Source: Phoronis australis (Eukaryota > Animalia > Phoronida). From it: a stretch of DNA of 64,000 bases. Of the stretch, positions 39,209-52,296 are shown one piece after another. The notes beneath the pieces are model-generated. The model did not search any database, was not told where the DNA came from, and saw only the letters and a list, made by a program, of their open reading frames with translations. Numbering within the stretch: the stretch's first letter is position 1; each line of letters begins with the position of its first letter. The stretch is taken from positions 137,414 to 201,413 of the forward strand of contig NMRA01000276.1 in NCBI GenBank assembly GCA_002633005.1, given 5' to 3'. The translations under genes were made by a program, and so were the position numbers.

Positions 39209-40601
39209 CCGTATTCGCCGTAATAACCGCCCATGCCCCTATAAGCGCCCCCCCCATGCGTTTTCAGACTTTGCTGAAATAAGCGCCCAGTCCATGAACG
39301 TGTACATGCGAACAATGACGTACCTACAGTCCTAAAACTCGGCTACAGTAACGTCTTCAATTTATCAAAAAAAAATTTGCACGGGTCTTCTAGACCACCA
39401 GCGGCACTGCTAGTTTGTATTTAGCCGTGACTTTACACTTCAAGGTAACGCAGCGCTTCAAAAAGAACGCAACATCGTTGCTACTCGCGCGACAAATGTG
39501 TCCCACTATGGTATGACCTTTCAGTAGACACATCGACTGTCTCATGAATAAAAATAACTCGGTGTTAAACGCACGTGGCCAGGAAGCGCGCGCTACATAC
39601 ATGAACCTGTCATCAAAGACATTAGCCGCGAACTATCCATTCATGAAACGGGTAGCATAGCATCGATAAGAAATGAATATTGGCACTAATTTCTGAGTTT
39701 CTAATACTATAAAACATGTTTGCGTTATTTTTGACATGGATTGTTTGATAATTGGTGTTTTAGCCGAATATCAGATAAAATGACAACTGACATTGAATGC
39801 TTACACACCCTTACACCGAAAAATAACCGTCAGATAGTTACGTACGCATCCGGCTACACGGCGACTAATATGGGCCTTACCGAGACAAATGTCGAAAGTT
39901 TTTAGCACGAGACCGGCAAGTGCTGAATGAAGCACGCTTTGGTTTAGGCCTACTGCTTGTGCAGATTTCTTTAGACACATCTAGCTAGTTAGATTACGTT
40001 GCTCTGGCCAAAAGACGGTCTCTGCTTTGGCAAATGAACTCTAGTGACACGCACGCGCTCGCTTACTCGCAGACGAACTTCAAAACAAACGTCACGTGAC
40101 AACAACATGTGTGTTCGTTCAGACATTTTTCTCGCCGTTTTGCCGATCATACATGTAGATGGCACGATGTTGCACAGATTTGTACTTAAACCTGCCGTTA
40201 ATCTAGACTCCATGGGAACTTAGAGACGCTACTTATAAAACTTAATGAGGATTTCAGGTAATTTGCTTGAGTCGAAACCATTTTTATTCAAGCATTGAAG
40301 TCGCCATATTGAAGACGGCGATTTCGAGGCAGTCAGTCGGCGAGTTTTCGCCCTGGGATTTCAGCACAATTTTCTGTAAAATTATCGTAATTTAGCAGCA
40401 AAGTTTGATAACAAGGCACCGCAGTTTTGTTAAAAGTCTTTCATAGATTACATATACGTCACAGAGCGTAAATTTGATGAATCTTAGCTTCCGATTTCAC
40501 CCGTTTTGGAGACCGGGTTTCAACCGCCTTGGGTTATAGTAAGCGCCCCCCCTGAACCGAACTTTTCTAAGTGCCCTGGGCGCTTATTACGGCGAATACG
40601 G
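39209..40601 (+). mobile_element. Complete non-autonomous Tc1/pogo-like element
   Basis: TA|CCGTATTCGCCGTAATAA ... TTATTACGGCGAATACGG|TA. Confidence 0.85.
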
Positions 40602-41974
40602 TATTCAATACAGTTAGAGAGTCTTTTACCACTCTGAGTGGAGAGTTCAGATGAGTCGCATAAACAATCAACACATGGTTTTAAAGGTGCATGCCACCCA
40701 AAAAACAACCTAATTTGTATCAATTTAGATCCATAACGACACGTACGGTTGCGTTACCTGACACCCGACAGCAGACGGAGGTGTCGAAATTATCCAATGA
40801 CGTCATTGGTTTCACACGCAGTCTGTTCAGCAGTTCACAACACGGGTTACTGATGTCAGCTTATCGCTTGAATTCATCGTTTAACACCGATAAATCATCA
40901 AACTTCGATGTAAAACCCTTGAAAATACACAGAGTTCCTATAAAAACGTGTTGTTTTATTTCGCTCCTATGGATTTATTGGTATTTGGACGCACCGTAGC
41001 CCTCGAAGTTTGGCAGGCCAATAAGGTCCGTAGCAGGAGTTTGGGATCTGTTCGGAGATAATTTTGAAGTATTTTCCGTGAGATACAGACAGGAGAACCT
41101 AGATCTGTGTTGATTTTTTTGAGTTCTAACCGCAAAACGCTTGTTATCCTGGCCAGTGGGTCGGAGCCCGATCAGGCCCGTCGTGGCTGGCCGGAGTTGA
41201 CTCCGCCGTTATCCCGGCCAGTGGCTGGGAAACTGATCAAACATCACGAACATAAACCAGACAAAGTTCAGTGGAAACTAAACTTCCAGTCAAGAAAATA
41301 CTATACTAGTGAGCCAAAGTAATGCGCACGTGATTATGTTGGTGAATCAGCCACGAAACTGCAAATCTACTTAGGCCTACTCGTCGGGGGCCGCGAATTC
41401 AGGTTCCGCTTTGGCCACCCGTCAGGGCAGAGGTTGTACATTGACAATCATTATTTGAGTAATGGAAATGTAAATAAAGATTCCTCTAACACCAGGCCGT
41501 GGGATGGAAATGGAGTTGTTTCACAACAGTCTCTGCCAGCAAACACTAAATTAGCATGAGCTCACACGGCCTCGGTGTCCCATCAATTAGTTTTATTGCA
41601 CCTAAAGCCGGTAACGCAGTGATTTATTCATTGCTGGCTTCTCAAATCATTTGCACTCATATACACTCCAAAGACATAACAAATTGCATCTAATGAGACA
41701 GACTTTGTTTCAGTTTTATATAAGTATTGGTTAGGATGAGAATAATTCATTTTGAAACAGAACGTTCAGTAATAAATGCAAACACGGCAACTCGCAATCC
41801 CGACTTAGGACGAACTAGAGCTCATCAGTCCCGACTTCGCTGGTGGATCGTTAAGTTTTACAGGCAATCAACAGGAATACAGTGATGAAGAAATACTAGA
41901 GAGGCGCCGTGAACAAGATCAGACAACGGAACGTATGGAGTTATTTGGTAAGCCAGCATTCGTCAGGCACTGTC

Positions 41975-42172
41975 GACGTGTGCAGGCCACAGACACGGAG
42001 ATGTTTCACGGCCTTATACTTGCTATTTACAGCGTACATTTCATTCTTCACTACCATGAGCCAGTTCCTAAGCATTTCAGACTCTCGAGGAAGTAAAAAA
42101 CCGACATACCCGCTTTCCTCGCAGCTGCTTAGTTTGGACAAGCGGGAACGATGCACCGCAACGTAGTGGCAT
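41975..42172 (-). pseudogene. Decayed THAP domain (transposon-derived)
   Basis: MPLRC..PACPN*...FLLPRESEMLRNWL...RVCGLH with frameshifts. Confidence 0.55.
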
Positions 42173-43309
42173 TCACTCTGCATATGAACCACTGACGTCG
42201 CTAGCGTCATTTCTCACCTTCTTCACAGGTTAACGCGACACCTCTTGGCAACGTAAGGTCGACCGTATGCGAGGCGATGTGGACATAGACCGATTAAGAC
42301 GGCAAAAAAGACTAAAGAAATCGGGTGGCATTCTCCTTCAATGTGTGGTCGGCACACCAGTACAGCAGACAATAGATCAACGCTAAGCTCCGCCCACGTG
42401 ACAGTCATATTTGTTTTGGTCGTCTGTCATGCTCCACAAGTTCGCAAAAATGATTAAAATTACGCTATAAACAAACAGGTATGTCACATTTTCTAAACAT
42501 GAAGTAAATATCAGCCTCATTTCAAGTACATCAACGAAAATTGGAACAGAATGACCACGCACTCTGAACGAATTTTGACCTCAAGTAGCAATCGAAGCCC
42601 GCTTAACTTCAAAGCCGTTTTTCTCGGCTCATGATTTCACGTTAGTGACAAGATTCTCGGGCCTATTTTTCTGCAACATGTGGGTCAATTTTTACGAAAT
42701 TTGCAAATTTGAAATCCTCTAGGACTGAAGCAAAATCGCGTGCCAGGGTTTTTTGATACATGAACCAGATTTTTAGTTATTAGACGGAAAGTGACCAAAT
42801 GACAGAAAGTGGCGTGCTTGCCCCAACTCACACGCAAAAAAGCCACAAAATCAAGATCATAATGATTGTGTACATATATTTGGTATGTATAAGTAGAATA
42901 TTACATAAGGAAACAGTTGATGATAATTCCTGTACATTTTGAAAAAAAAATTGAGGTAAAATTGGATTTTTTGAAAAATAAAAAATACAATTTAAAAAAA
43001 AACGAACAACAATAAAAACTTTTTCTTTCGATTTTTGTCACTTTCAGAGTCATTTCTAACTAGTTAAAAACCCCTTTATACTTATTTTAGATAAGAACCT
43101 GGAGATTTGATCAGTGTATACACCTAACTTACGTAGATGAACGAAATCTCAGATAATACATTCTGTCGCCTGGAAGTTATAGAATGATTGGCGCAGTTCG
43201 AAGCAATCCAGAGGACATGGGCCAACATGGTGGACGTATTTAAAAACTTCTGAAGCTAGACACATCATTAGATGAGCCACCAACAGTGATAATGACATGG
43301 AAGGCATGG

Positions 43310-45672
43310 CAGGGCTCGACATAACGAGCTGGAGGTCGCATTTGCGACCTGAAATTTGGAAATGCGAGCTGAGATTTTTGTCAGCTCGTATCAACTCGCA
43401 AAATGCGACCTGGAATTTTCAACGTATGCGAGCTGAGTTTTTACACTTCTCGACAGATACCTGGCAAATATAAAGCAACTCTTGAGAATCCGACCGTTAT
43501 TTGGTTGTTGCCAAATCCAAGTTCAAAAGAACACTGAGCGAGAACAACTTTCCCGACGACTTGTAAACAAGTCGCGTGAACATGGGATATGCAGAATCGA
43601 TCTTTGACGCATTTCATTGGCTAACATTTTCGGCTACTTTTGTGAATTTTCGGATTCGTCGAAGAAAGTTTCGGGCCACTGCATAACACGTGAGAAAACG
43701 TCACAAAACAGCGGTGTTTCTATTCTTAAGTGATCAACTTACCAAACTTTGTGATGGAGAAATTTGTTTATTTTTCGTGTAAGATGTCCTTATTACATGT
43801 ACCAAATATCCACGACAATATATTCCTGATATCGCACTGTGGCACTGGTCGTGACTTAGAGATGTGCGTCTCCTTTTTTTTATCGCATAAGACAGCCAAA
43901 GTGAAAATCTCAACTCTATTAATCGCCAAACGACGGCCACGTCTTTACTTTCAGTTGCCTAGAAATTCTCTAAACCTTTATTTGTTTCTCGGGCTACGTG
44001 CGTGAAATATGATTTGTCATTCACACGTTGTTGCCAACGTAAAGTGTAGGCCTACTCCAGCGATTCAAGTGCATGAACTCGCGCGTGCGCACCACTTCCA
44101 AGCTGCACATCAAAAGAGAACAGTGACAGTCCTAAATGAAAGGGTATACCGGCTTGGCTCTGTTAAGCACCCGCGTACGTGCCAGTGGTTTATTTGAATA
44201 TGAACTCATAGATTCCCGGCGGTTATAAAAGACGCGATGCTTTACGACATTCCCTGGTACCGATATAACCCAGAACTGATATTTTCCTGTGACGATGCAT
44301 GCACCCACCCAGCCTTCAATATGGGGGGGCTCGTATTCCTAATGTTGTGGACCTTTTGGTAACAAAACAGCCGGCGGACTAAAAAAAAGCGGACGCACCA
44401 TTCTGAATTACACGTTTGTATTTGTTTAGTGGACTTTTGTCTCATTTTCTCGGACATTATGTTTCTCACAGGCGGATCTTTATGCCCACTTCGCCAAATG
44501 GGGGGCTCCTTCAAGCCCACTGAGCCCCCCTGGGTGCAAGCATGCGATGCTTCCCGAGGTCGATGTTCCCTATATTCTATTCCCACAGCCAGCTATTGCA
44601 ACTAACCGGGTACTAGAGGCTAACGACTGTGCTCACGCACAAGTCTACTCCCTACCTTTGAAGTGTTTCATAATAAGTGCTCACTGACCTACTAGGTGTT
44701 CCCCCTCAACTTTTGAGAATTTCCAATTAAGCGCCCACATTTCAGGTTAGCGCTCATCACAGCATACTACAAACGACCGCGCGTGGTTTAAAAGTGACAC
44801 GCAGCCTGTATAGAGTGTTACTCTAATTTTACACAACAAATTCAAAAAACGTCTTTTCTCAATATGTAAAAACCAAATCCCGGCTTTGTTTCATAACTCC
44901 GAAAGAAATTTAACACTAGTGACATGCGTGTCATTTTGTGACTGACCTATTTTTCCCGCACTTGGAAGGTATTGAGGAGCAAACTCGAGTTAACCGATGG
45001 AAACCTGCACGGAGTCGGGAATTATTTCGAAGCTATTCATTTCATGGAAAACTAATTGTTGAGTACACAAACAGCATAAGTGTCACATTTTTGTTGTGAA
45101 ATTTGCACTGAATTGTTCCCGTGCATTCAAATACGTCATTTGGTTAGAGCACCGTTATACGGATTGTTTTTTGACAGATGTTTTTCAAACGTCGAGTTAT
45201 GTTGTAAAATTTGGGCTGCGAACAAAAAGTGGAGGGAATTAGCACTCCGAGTTAGTTTGGATCTTTAACGAGTTTGATGACACCCAGTAGCAGGTGAGAA
45301 CTAACAAAATCGTGGATACTTTTTCAACGGGCATTTTCTCCCTTTTCCCCTTTTCACATTGAAAACTTAGCTACTCGAATGCACGTTTCAGTTAGAGAGC
45401 ACTGATTCAACTTTCACGTCGACTACTTGCCATGCGCTCTAGATTCTTTCACTGGCGGTCGTGAACAACAGTAGCACCGTACCTGCATAAACGAACTCAA
45501 TTTTGCAATCTGCAATTTGTGAGTGTTTTACGCATACATTTCTCGATTATCTAAAAAGTCAATTTTGGCGCGTAAATATGGCAAGAATGTGGCCTGGATT
45601 TTGAAAATCCGACCTGGAATATTGGCTAGATCGCAAATTGCGACCTGGCGATTTTAATAGCGTGGAGCCCAG
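43310..45672 (+). mobile_element. ~2.3-kb hAT-like non-autonomous element, full-length copy 3
   Basis: CAGGGCTCGAC ... GTGGAGCCCAG termini, 5-bp TSD catgg/catgg, subterminal TGCGACCTG repeats. Confidence 0.82.
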
Positions 45673-45739
45673 CATGGAACAGAGTTTGCCCTTGGCTATG
45701 GCTAAACTACAAAATAAGAAGTATTACTGATCTACAGAC

Positions 45740-45901
45740 CTTTCTGTCAATTCTGACTTCAAAAAGCTGGTTGTCTCCTAATGGGGTGTCAGTCATTACT
45801 ACTCCATTGTTAAATTCTTGTGCTGGCTCACTTCGGAGTGCTGTCCTGTTATTATTACTCAGAGTGACAAGTGAACCAGTCCGTGAGTGAAAGCTCAACA
45901 T
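45740..45901 (-). CDS. NEURL4: NEURL4-like first coding exon ([21 protein letters not shown]...QEFNNGVV...FEVRIDRK)
   Basis: ATG with in-frame upstream TAG; AAG|gtctgt donor; joins exon 2 as [14 protein letters not shown], the NEURL4 NHR1 pattern. Confidence 0.93.
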
Positions 45902-46138
45902 CGTCAAAATGCACTAGCCCTGGAGAATCGTTGACACGGTGTCAAATAAACGTTGTAATGATAAATGCTAAAATCTGTCGCTCTAAAAAGTAATAAAAAG
46001 CTGTTTAACCGTTGTTTTTATGGTTAGATATCGATATTACTAACTAAATAAATTTTAAAATATGACAATTATCATTTGAAAACTTTTCATACCGTATGTA
46101 ACAAAGTTGAAGAGTGTATTCGTTTTGTTTTCATCAAT
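45902..46138. promoter_or_regulatory. Putative bidirectional promoter and 5' UTRs
   Basis: 237-bp AT-rich, repeat-free spacer between divergent ATGs. Confidence 0.65.
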
Positions 46139-46204
46139 ATGGCCACTTCGATGAAAAACAGAGGCTTCGCAACGACAAATGTTTTATACGTTGTGGCGTT
46201 TCTG
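46139..46204 (+). CDS. MFSD9: MFSD9-like MFS transporter exon 1 (MATSMKNRGFATTNVLYVVAFL)
   Basis: aatATGG start, CTG|gtaagt donor, phase 0; joins exon 2 to give LYVVAFL-DFFGVSLIVPL (TM1). Confidence 0.78.
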
Positions 46205-46883
46205 GTAAGTGTGTACTGCGAGAAATTGCTCAAAGTTAATATTTTCAATGTCCAGATACAGCGATCTCTTATTTAGAGAGGGAAAGCGTCCCAGATTACA
46301 GTAAAGACGGTGGCAATCCAATACCAGGCATATACTCGGGAACCCAATGGTAGGGAGGACAATCAAAAAGTAGGTCACGGTGCTCCATATCTGCCTCCGT
46401 GTAAAACCCACGTCGGTAAATTACCCGATTTCAGACTTCAAAGTTAACTATAATACAATTTTGTGTTATAAATCGTTACCTTAGTCTTTATTTGTAAGTT
46501 TGTAATCTTTTTGTATCAAAATAGCGCTGATAAATCATTTTTTGTAAGCTTTTTTTAGCGCACGATTTTCCGCCATGCGATCAACTTTCGAAAAAGTACC
46601 TCTTGTTCCTCCTATCCAAAAGAGCACTATACTCTCGAATACAAACATGAAATTTGGACAGGATGTAGTTTAGATGCGTGCGCATCTCCTCAAGTTGTTT
46701 TCTTGAAGTCAAGGCCAAGTTTTCATGGCGAGTTTTCGATCGTCCGGAAGGCCTAATTTTGGTCGGTCGGGAGATTGATGTTTTTCCAGTTGCGCAATAT
46801 GCCCCCCCGATTTTTAGATGAGGAATTTATCACTCTTTTAATTGGTAATTATTTAATTTTCAGAAATTCTGTCAAACTGCTGC

Positions 46884-47614
46884 NNNNNNNNNNNNNNNNN
46901 NNNNNNNNNNNNNNNNNNNNNNNNNNNNNNNNNNNNNNNNNNNNNNNNNNNNNNNNNNNNNNNNNNNNNNNNNNNNNNNNNNNNNNNNNNNNNNNNNNNN
47001 NNNNNNNNNNNNNNNNNNNNNNNNNNNNNNNNNNNNNNNNNNNNNNNNNNNNNNNNNNNNNNNNNNNNNNNNNNNNNNNNNNNNNNNNNNNNNNNNNNNN
47101 NNNNNNNNNNNNNNNNNNNNNNNNNNNNNNNNNNNNNNNNNNNNNNNNNNNNNNNNNNNNNNNNNNNNNNNNNNNNNNNNNNNNNNNNNNNNNNNNNNNN
47201 NNNNNNNNNNNNNNNNNNNNNNNNNNNNNNNNNNNNNNNNNNNNNNNNNNNNNNNNNNNNNNNNNNNNNNNNNNNNNNNNNNNNNNNNNNNNNNNNNNNN
47301 NNNNNNNNNNNNNNNNNNNNNNNNNNNNNNNNNNNNNNNNNNNNNNNNNNNNNNNNNNNNNNNNNNNNNNNNNNNNNNNNNNNNNNNNNNNNNNNNNNNN
47401 NNNNNNNNNNNNNNNNNNNNNNNNNNNNNNNNNNNNNNNNNNNNNNNNNNNNNNNNNNNNNNNNNNNNNNNNNNNNNNNNNNNNNNNNNNNNNNNNNNNN
47501 NNNNNNNNNNNNNNNNNNNNNNNNNNNNNNNNNNNNNNNNNNNNNNNNNNNNNNNNNNNNNNNNNNNNNNNNNNNNNNNNNNNNNNNNNNNNNNNNNNNN
47601 NNNNNNNNNNNNNN
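46884..47614. other. Assembly gap (N run)
   Basis: Run of N. Confidence 1.
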
Positions 47615-50196
47615 TATTTATTTATTTATTATGTCCGTGTAGTTGGGGAGTTTAGGCTTAGGCAGTGTTTTGGTTATGTCACTGGACACCATTTCATTGA
47701 GCTAATACTTTCTCCCTACAACTAGAGCCCCTATTTATTATCTATCCCTAGTGCTTGGTTAACCTGGGTGCGGTACTTCCATGTCCGTCCCAGTTGCCAG
47801 GAGGCCTATGTTTAATGGAGGGTCAGTCACAGTTCTCTGTGAACCTGTCCATTTTAGGTCTGCGTCCAAGGCGTTCCCTTTGGGTTGGAATATGTCTGCC
47901 CGGCCTCCACCCAAAGCACGTCAAAATGTACTAGTGCAATTAAGGGTGGCATGCGTGTATCATGGTAGTGCAGGGTTTATTTTGAGAACTCCACTAGAAA
48001 TGCACGTGTCCTATACCCTTTTGCAACTATAAGTCCGGGGAGTCTCCCTAGCGAGAACTTTTTCCGTTAGGTGACTGCTCTCCCGCCCTGGGGGGTGGGT
48101 TGGGATCCTGCTAGGTTTTCTCTTTATAAGTTACTTCATGTGTTTGGGATGTGCTGGCATTGTGAACTCTTTTTATTATTTTTGGCACTTCTATATTTAA
48201 CCTGTGTGCGTTATTCTCTGCTTCTAGGGGAACTGTCCTTGTCATTCTAACACTCTAGGTCTATTTAGCAGTGGCTTTATTTTTGGTAAGGGGGGATATG
48301 GTTAATTTTTTGGGAAGTTTTTTGTATCTGGCGCATGATGTTGATTCCCAGGTGGGTCCCACACTTTTTAGGGAGGAGGGGAATGTTGTAATCGTCAACA
48401 TCATTCGTCCTTTATCTTTCTGTGGTGTCTTGTGATTTGTCAGTTTTATGGTTCCCCGGATGCTTGTTTTATTTAAACTGCTGGCGGGAACCCTGCTGGC
48501 AGTCTTTCAGCAAACAATCAGGATGTCAGGGATGGGCACCTGGATTGGGTTTTACTGAAGCTTGAGTAGCTGTGTTTTAACTGGTGAGTACTTCTAGAGG
48601 CCTAGCTAGTGAACCTGCAGTAATACAACATTTGTAATCATTTTGTCTCAAATTATCGCTCATAAATCATTTTTTGTAAGCTTTTTTTAGCGCACGATTT
48701 TCCGCCATGCGATCAAGTTTCGAAAAAGTACCTCTTGTTCCTCCTATCCAAAAGAGCAGTTGCGCGATATGCCCCCCCGATTTTTAAATGAGGAATTTAT
48801 CACTCTTTTAATTGGTAATTATTTCATTTTCAGAAATTCTGTCAAAATGCTGCGCATTGGCACTTTTCAAACAGCAGTCGTTAGTTCACTAAGTCGCCGC
48901 ATGTGAGCGCCACCAGCGGCTACGTTGAAGTTCAATGGCATCGCAACTTCACCGTTCGAAACAAAGTTGTTACAAAGTTTTTGTTGCGTAAATGATGAAA
49001 TCCTTCATGTTAAGAGTGATTTGTTTTCCCAAATGGTCTTTTGTCTACTTTCTGATGTTTTTTGCCATGATACGATCTAATAGTACATGGGTGGCACCCA
49101 GCACTGAAAAAAGTGGGGGAGCTATAGCAGGCTCCCCCAGCCCCCTGTCACTGTCGGGCAATGATGTGTTGCCCATGTAGTAGTATTCAGGGGCAGAGTA
49201 TTACGCGGGATTTTACCCGTAAGATATTTGCACCCTCAAACTGCCAAATGAAATATGGGAGTTTTAGGGGGGCCACGGGCCAGGCCCCCTTGCCCCCCCA
49301 ATCCACCAATGTGATCTTGTGATTTGATGTGAAATTTCTTCCTAGCTCAGATGTATTTATTTCTGAGCTGATGAGGTGTCTTTGCTCTTTACCTTTTAAG
49401 CTGTGTAATCCATTGTTTTCATCAAACATGATGAGCCTGTTCTATGCTATAACAACACACTTAAACAGCAATATCTCTGTAGAAATCGATCCAAAATTTA
49501 TGTAATACACACCGCCATGTTTGTCTCAAAGAGACGAATCTTTTTATATGCAGCACATGTATATTATTTTATTTTTTACGAAATTCGTTAAAAAGGCAGA
49601 TATTTTACGCATTATCGTCGCGTTTCAACGGCCATTTTCTCTTCAACCGCTCATCCAATTTTTCTGATTTTTGCACCATTTCATTTCTCACACCAAGGGC
49701 TTTTCAAAAATGTATGACACATGGGTATTGTAAAAAAAAATAAAAAAACGTCCTCCCTACCCAATGCCCCAATGGTCGTCCGCCTAAGCATAAAACCAGC
49801 TTGGTGTCGTACTCACCCAATTATTCCACTTCAAAGTTATGCTGTGAATAGGATTTGATTTAACTCTCACAAATATATATTATTCATTGATTGAAATATT
49901 TTCTTTTACTTATGCTGAGTTGTTCAACTGTGCATTGCTTTTCGGCAGCCATTTTATAATGACTCCTATGGTCGTCATATGCTGCCGCCTTTTGAAAGAA
50001 CAGAAAACCACACAGAAAAAGGCCAAGAAAATAGTAGATTGTGGTTTACAGCAATTCTACTTCAACCACAAACTGTTTTACTAGTATGATATCGGTTTTT
50101 AAATCGATTCATATTGATTTAGAATTTCAGTTATGGAAAATAACTTTTTGCTCTTTTCTGTTCTTAATACCACTTATCTATGCTGTCTTTTTATTT

Positions 50197-50682
50197 CAGG
50201 GCTTGGAATTTTCCGCGGAAACGCGGATTTCCGCTTTTTTCAAATGTGGTTTCCGCTTTTTTTATAATATTTCCGCGTAAAAAAATCGGATTTGATATAA
50301 AATTTCCGCGGCAAATTCCTTTCTTACAGCGGCGTTGCAGACGGCGTTCACCTCGAAAAGCGGAAGTTGCTCTTTATGTTTCGGAGGAACGTAAATTGTC
50401 AACATTGCGGGCCATCTGGGACAGCGTGGTGGGATTTTCAATGGCGTCTCGTGTTATTGTTAAGCGCGGCGACAAATACTACCGCTCTGCAGCCAAAAAT
50501 GTGTGGGTTGGGAGCGGACGGGCGAGCTAAAAGGACGCAGACGCATGCTACTGATGGTGGTAACGTTTTATTTTTTATTTTTTTTTTAGTCCTCCCGATT
50601 TTCAAGGTTGGTTATCGGGCATGATTTGAGCCGTAAAAGTTTCAGTTTCCGCGTTTTTTGTCATTGGTCATTCCAAGCCCTG
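50197..50682. mobile_element. MITE, inverted copy of 22608-23107
   Basis: CAGGGCTTGGAAT TIRs; flanks ttattt/ttcttt. Confidence 0.85.
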
Positions 50683-51930
50683 TTCTTTTCAGTTTCTATT
50701 CATTCTCTGTTAACACCTTGTCAGCCAAAACAGAATGTAACCCTTTGAGGACTTTGTCGGTGCAAGTTGATCATTGAACCTCGATACAATTGTTCTAATA
50801 AATTACCTAATATTGTATTGTTTGATTTTTCTCACCTTTAACAGGCTTCTGCAATCATAAATAAATAAATAAATACCCAAGTTGCATTTGCATTTTATTG
50901 CTCAATCTCTTCTTTATTTTTGATTATGTCATGCTGTGTTGTATGTAACAATGCAATATAGTGAAATAAAGTCAATGTTTTACTTTATTGGTGGCCATTC
51001 TCTATCAATTCAAGTATTTTAATTTTCTTCAAATAAATTCAAAATGCATTAACCAAAAATTTCAACATAAATGTTGAGCTCAGTACTTTATTTTGCAATA
51101 AAAAACAAGTGGACAATATTTTGATGACCAAGGAGTGGGTCGAAACTGTTAAGCACCCAGCGTGATCCATTTGTCTGCTGCGTTTTTCCTTTGGCCTAAC
51201 AGGTGTCGGTTAGTGCCTGGGACAAATAGATACATTGCATAAACAATCCCTGAGTTGTTTTTTGTTCCGTCTGAAGAAAATTTAATTTCAAAAATATCTT
51301 CTGAAAATGAACAAAAAAGTGCATTAGTAAAATCTACAAGTTTTTAATTGGTCTCAAAAAAAACAGTCGGTAAATGCATTAATTTTAGTCTCAGTTCTTC
51401 CATGCGTGTTTCTCCCGAGAGGTTAGTACCTAACGTGCAGACAAGCACTTCAAATTGGAACGCTAAGTTCCGCGTGGCTGCGTTGCACGCGATAGAAGAT
51501 GGCGGACGACCTTTGGAGCCTGAGGACGATAGGTATCCGGACTACATAGCCTTAGCTAGGCAATGACCATCGCCTCTGTTGGCCAGAACCAGAGGCAATG
51601 CAGCTCCTATAGGCGCTCTGTACGCCGGAAGCTTTTCGGCGAATTATGCCTCGCACCGACTAAACCATCAAAGTCACGTTCACCTTAGGAGGTTGTCGAT
51701 GTGTTTAATTCCTTCCAACTCAAACAAATACTCCCGTTATCAAACTTTTTCTTCGAGCAGTCCCTATTTCAGTTCCCAAAATCGTGAACTCACCATTTTT
51801 ATACTGGCTGTCAAAATGGTCACGACAAAACAAGTAATGAAAACTTATTTCCCGCCACCACAGAAAGACATGCACGTCGCTCCAACACCGGGAAATAGGT
51901 GGCGACTATGCCAAATGTTGTATTACTTGA

Positions 51931-52296
51931 CTGCAGCTACTGCTACAGTCAAATAGGTTCGGCCTATTGAACACGGTGAAGAGTAAAGTCTAGAATGTAG
52001 AGGGAGGAATGTAGTAAATGTCGATGTCAGTCTCAGCTGTGGTGTCTCTATGTTGTGATGTCCTTTTCGTGACAATGTTGGTCTTGGCCTGGTGCGACAC
52101 CTGACGCCAGAAGTTCCCAGCAGAGGTCACACTGTCATCACGTGACCAGTCACCTCTCAAGACCACGTGACAAGATCGTCTGGGGTTTCTGGATTTTGCG
52201 ACCGTCCTGTGCGGACGTGATGCAAGTACACTCTAGACTTTACTCTTTCAGCGTGTTCAATAGGCCGAACCTGTTTGACTGTAGCAGTAGCTGCAG
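51931..52296. mobile_element. Small MITE with ~65-bp TIRs
   Basis: ctgcagctactgctacagtcaaataggttcggcctattgaacacg... and its reverse complement. Confidence 0.75.

Noticed and set aside
38083-43127. TTAA|GG and TTAA|AGG starts (38083, 40681) as Kolobok ends
   Set aside because: Could not identify convincing matching right TIRs
46775-47725. 316-aa ORF
   Set aside because: Spans the N gap
51497-51548. AAGATGGCGG (YY1/start-like) with short ORF MADDLWSLRTIG
   Set aside because: Weak donor, early stop, no downstream partner exon found; lies among transposon sequence
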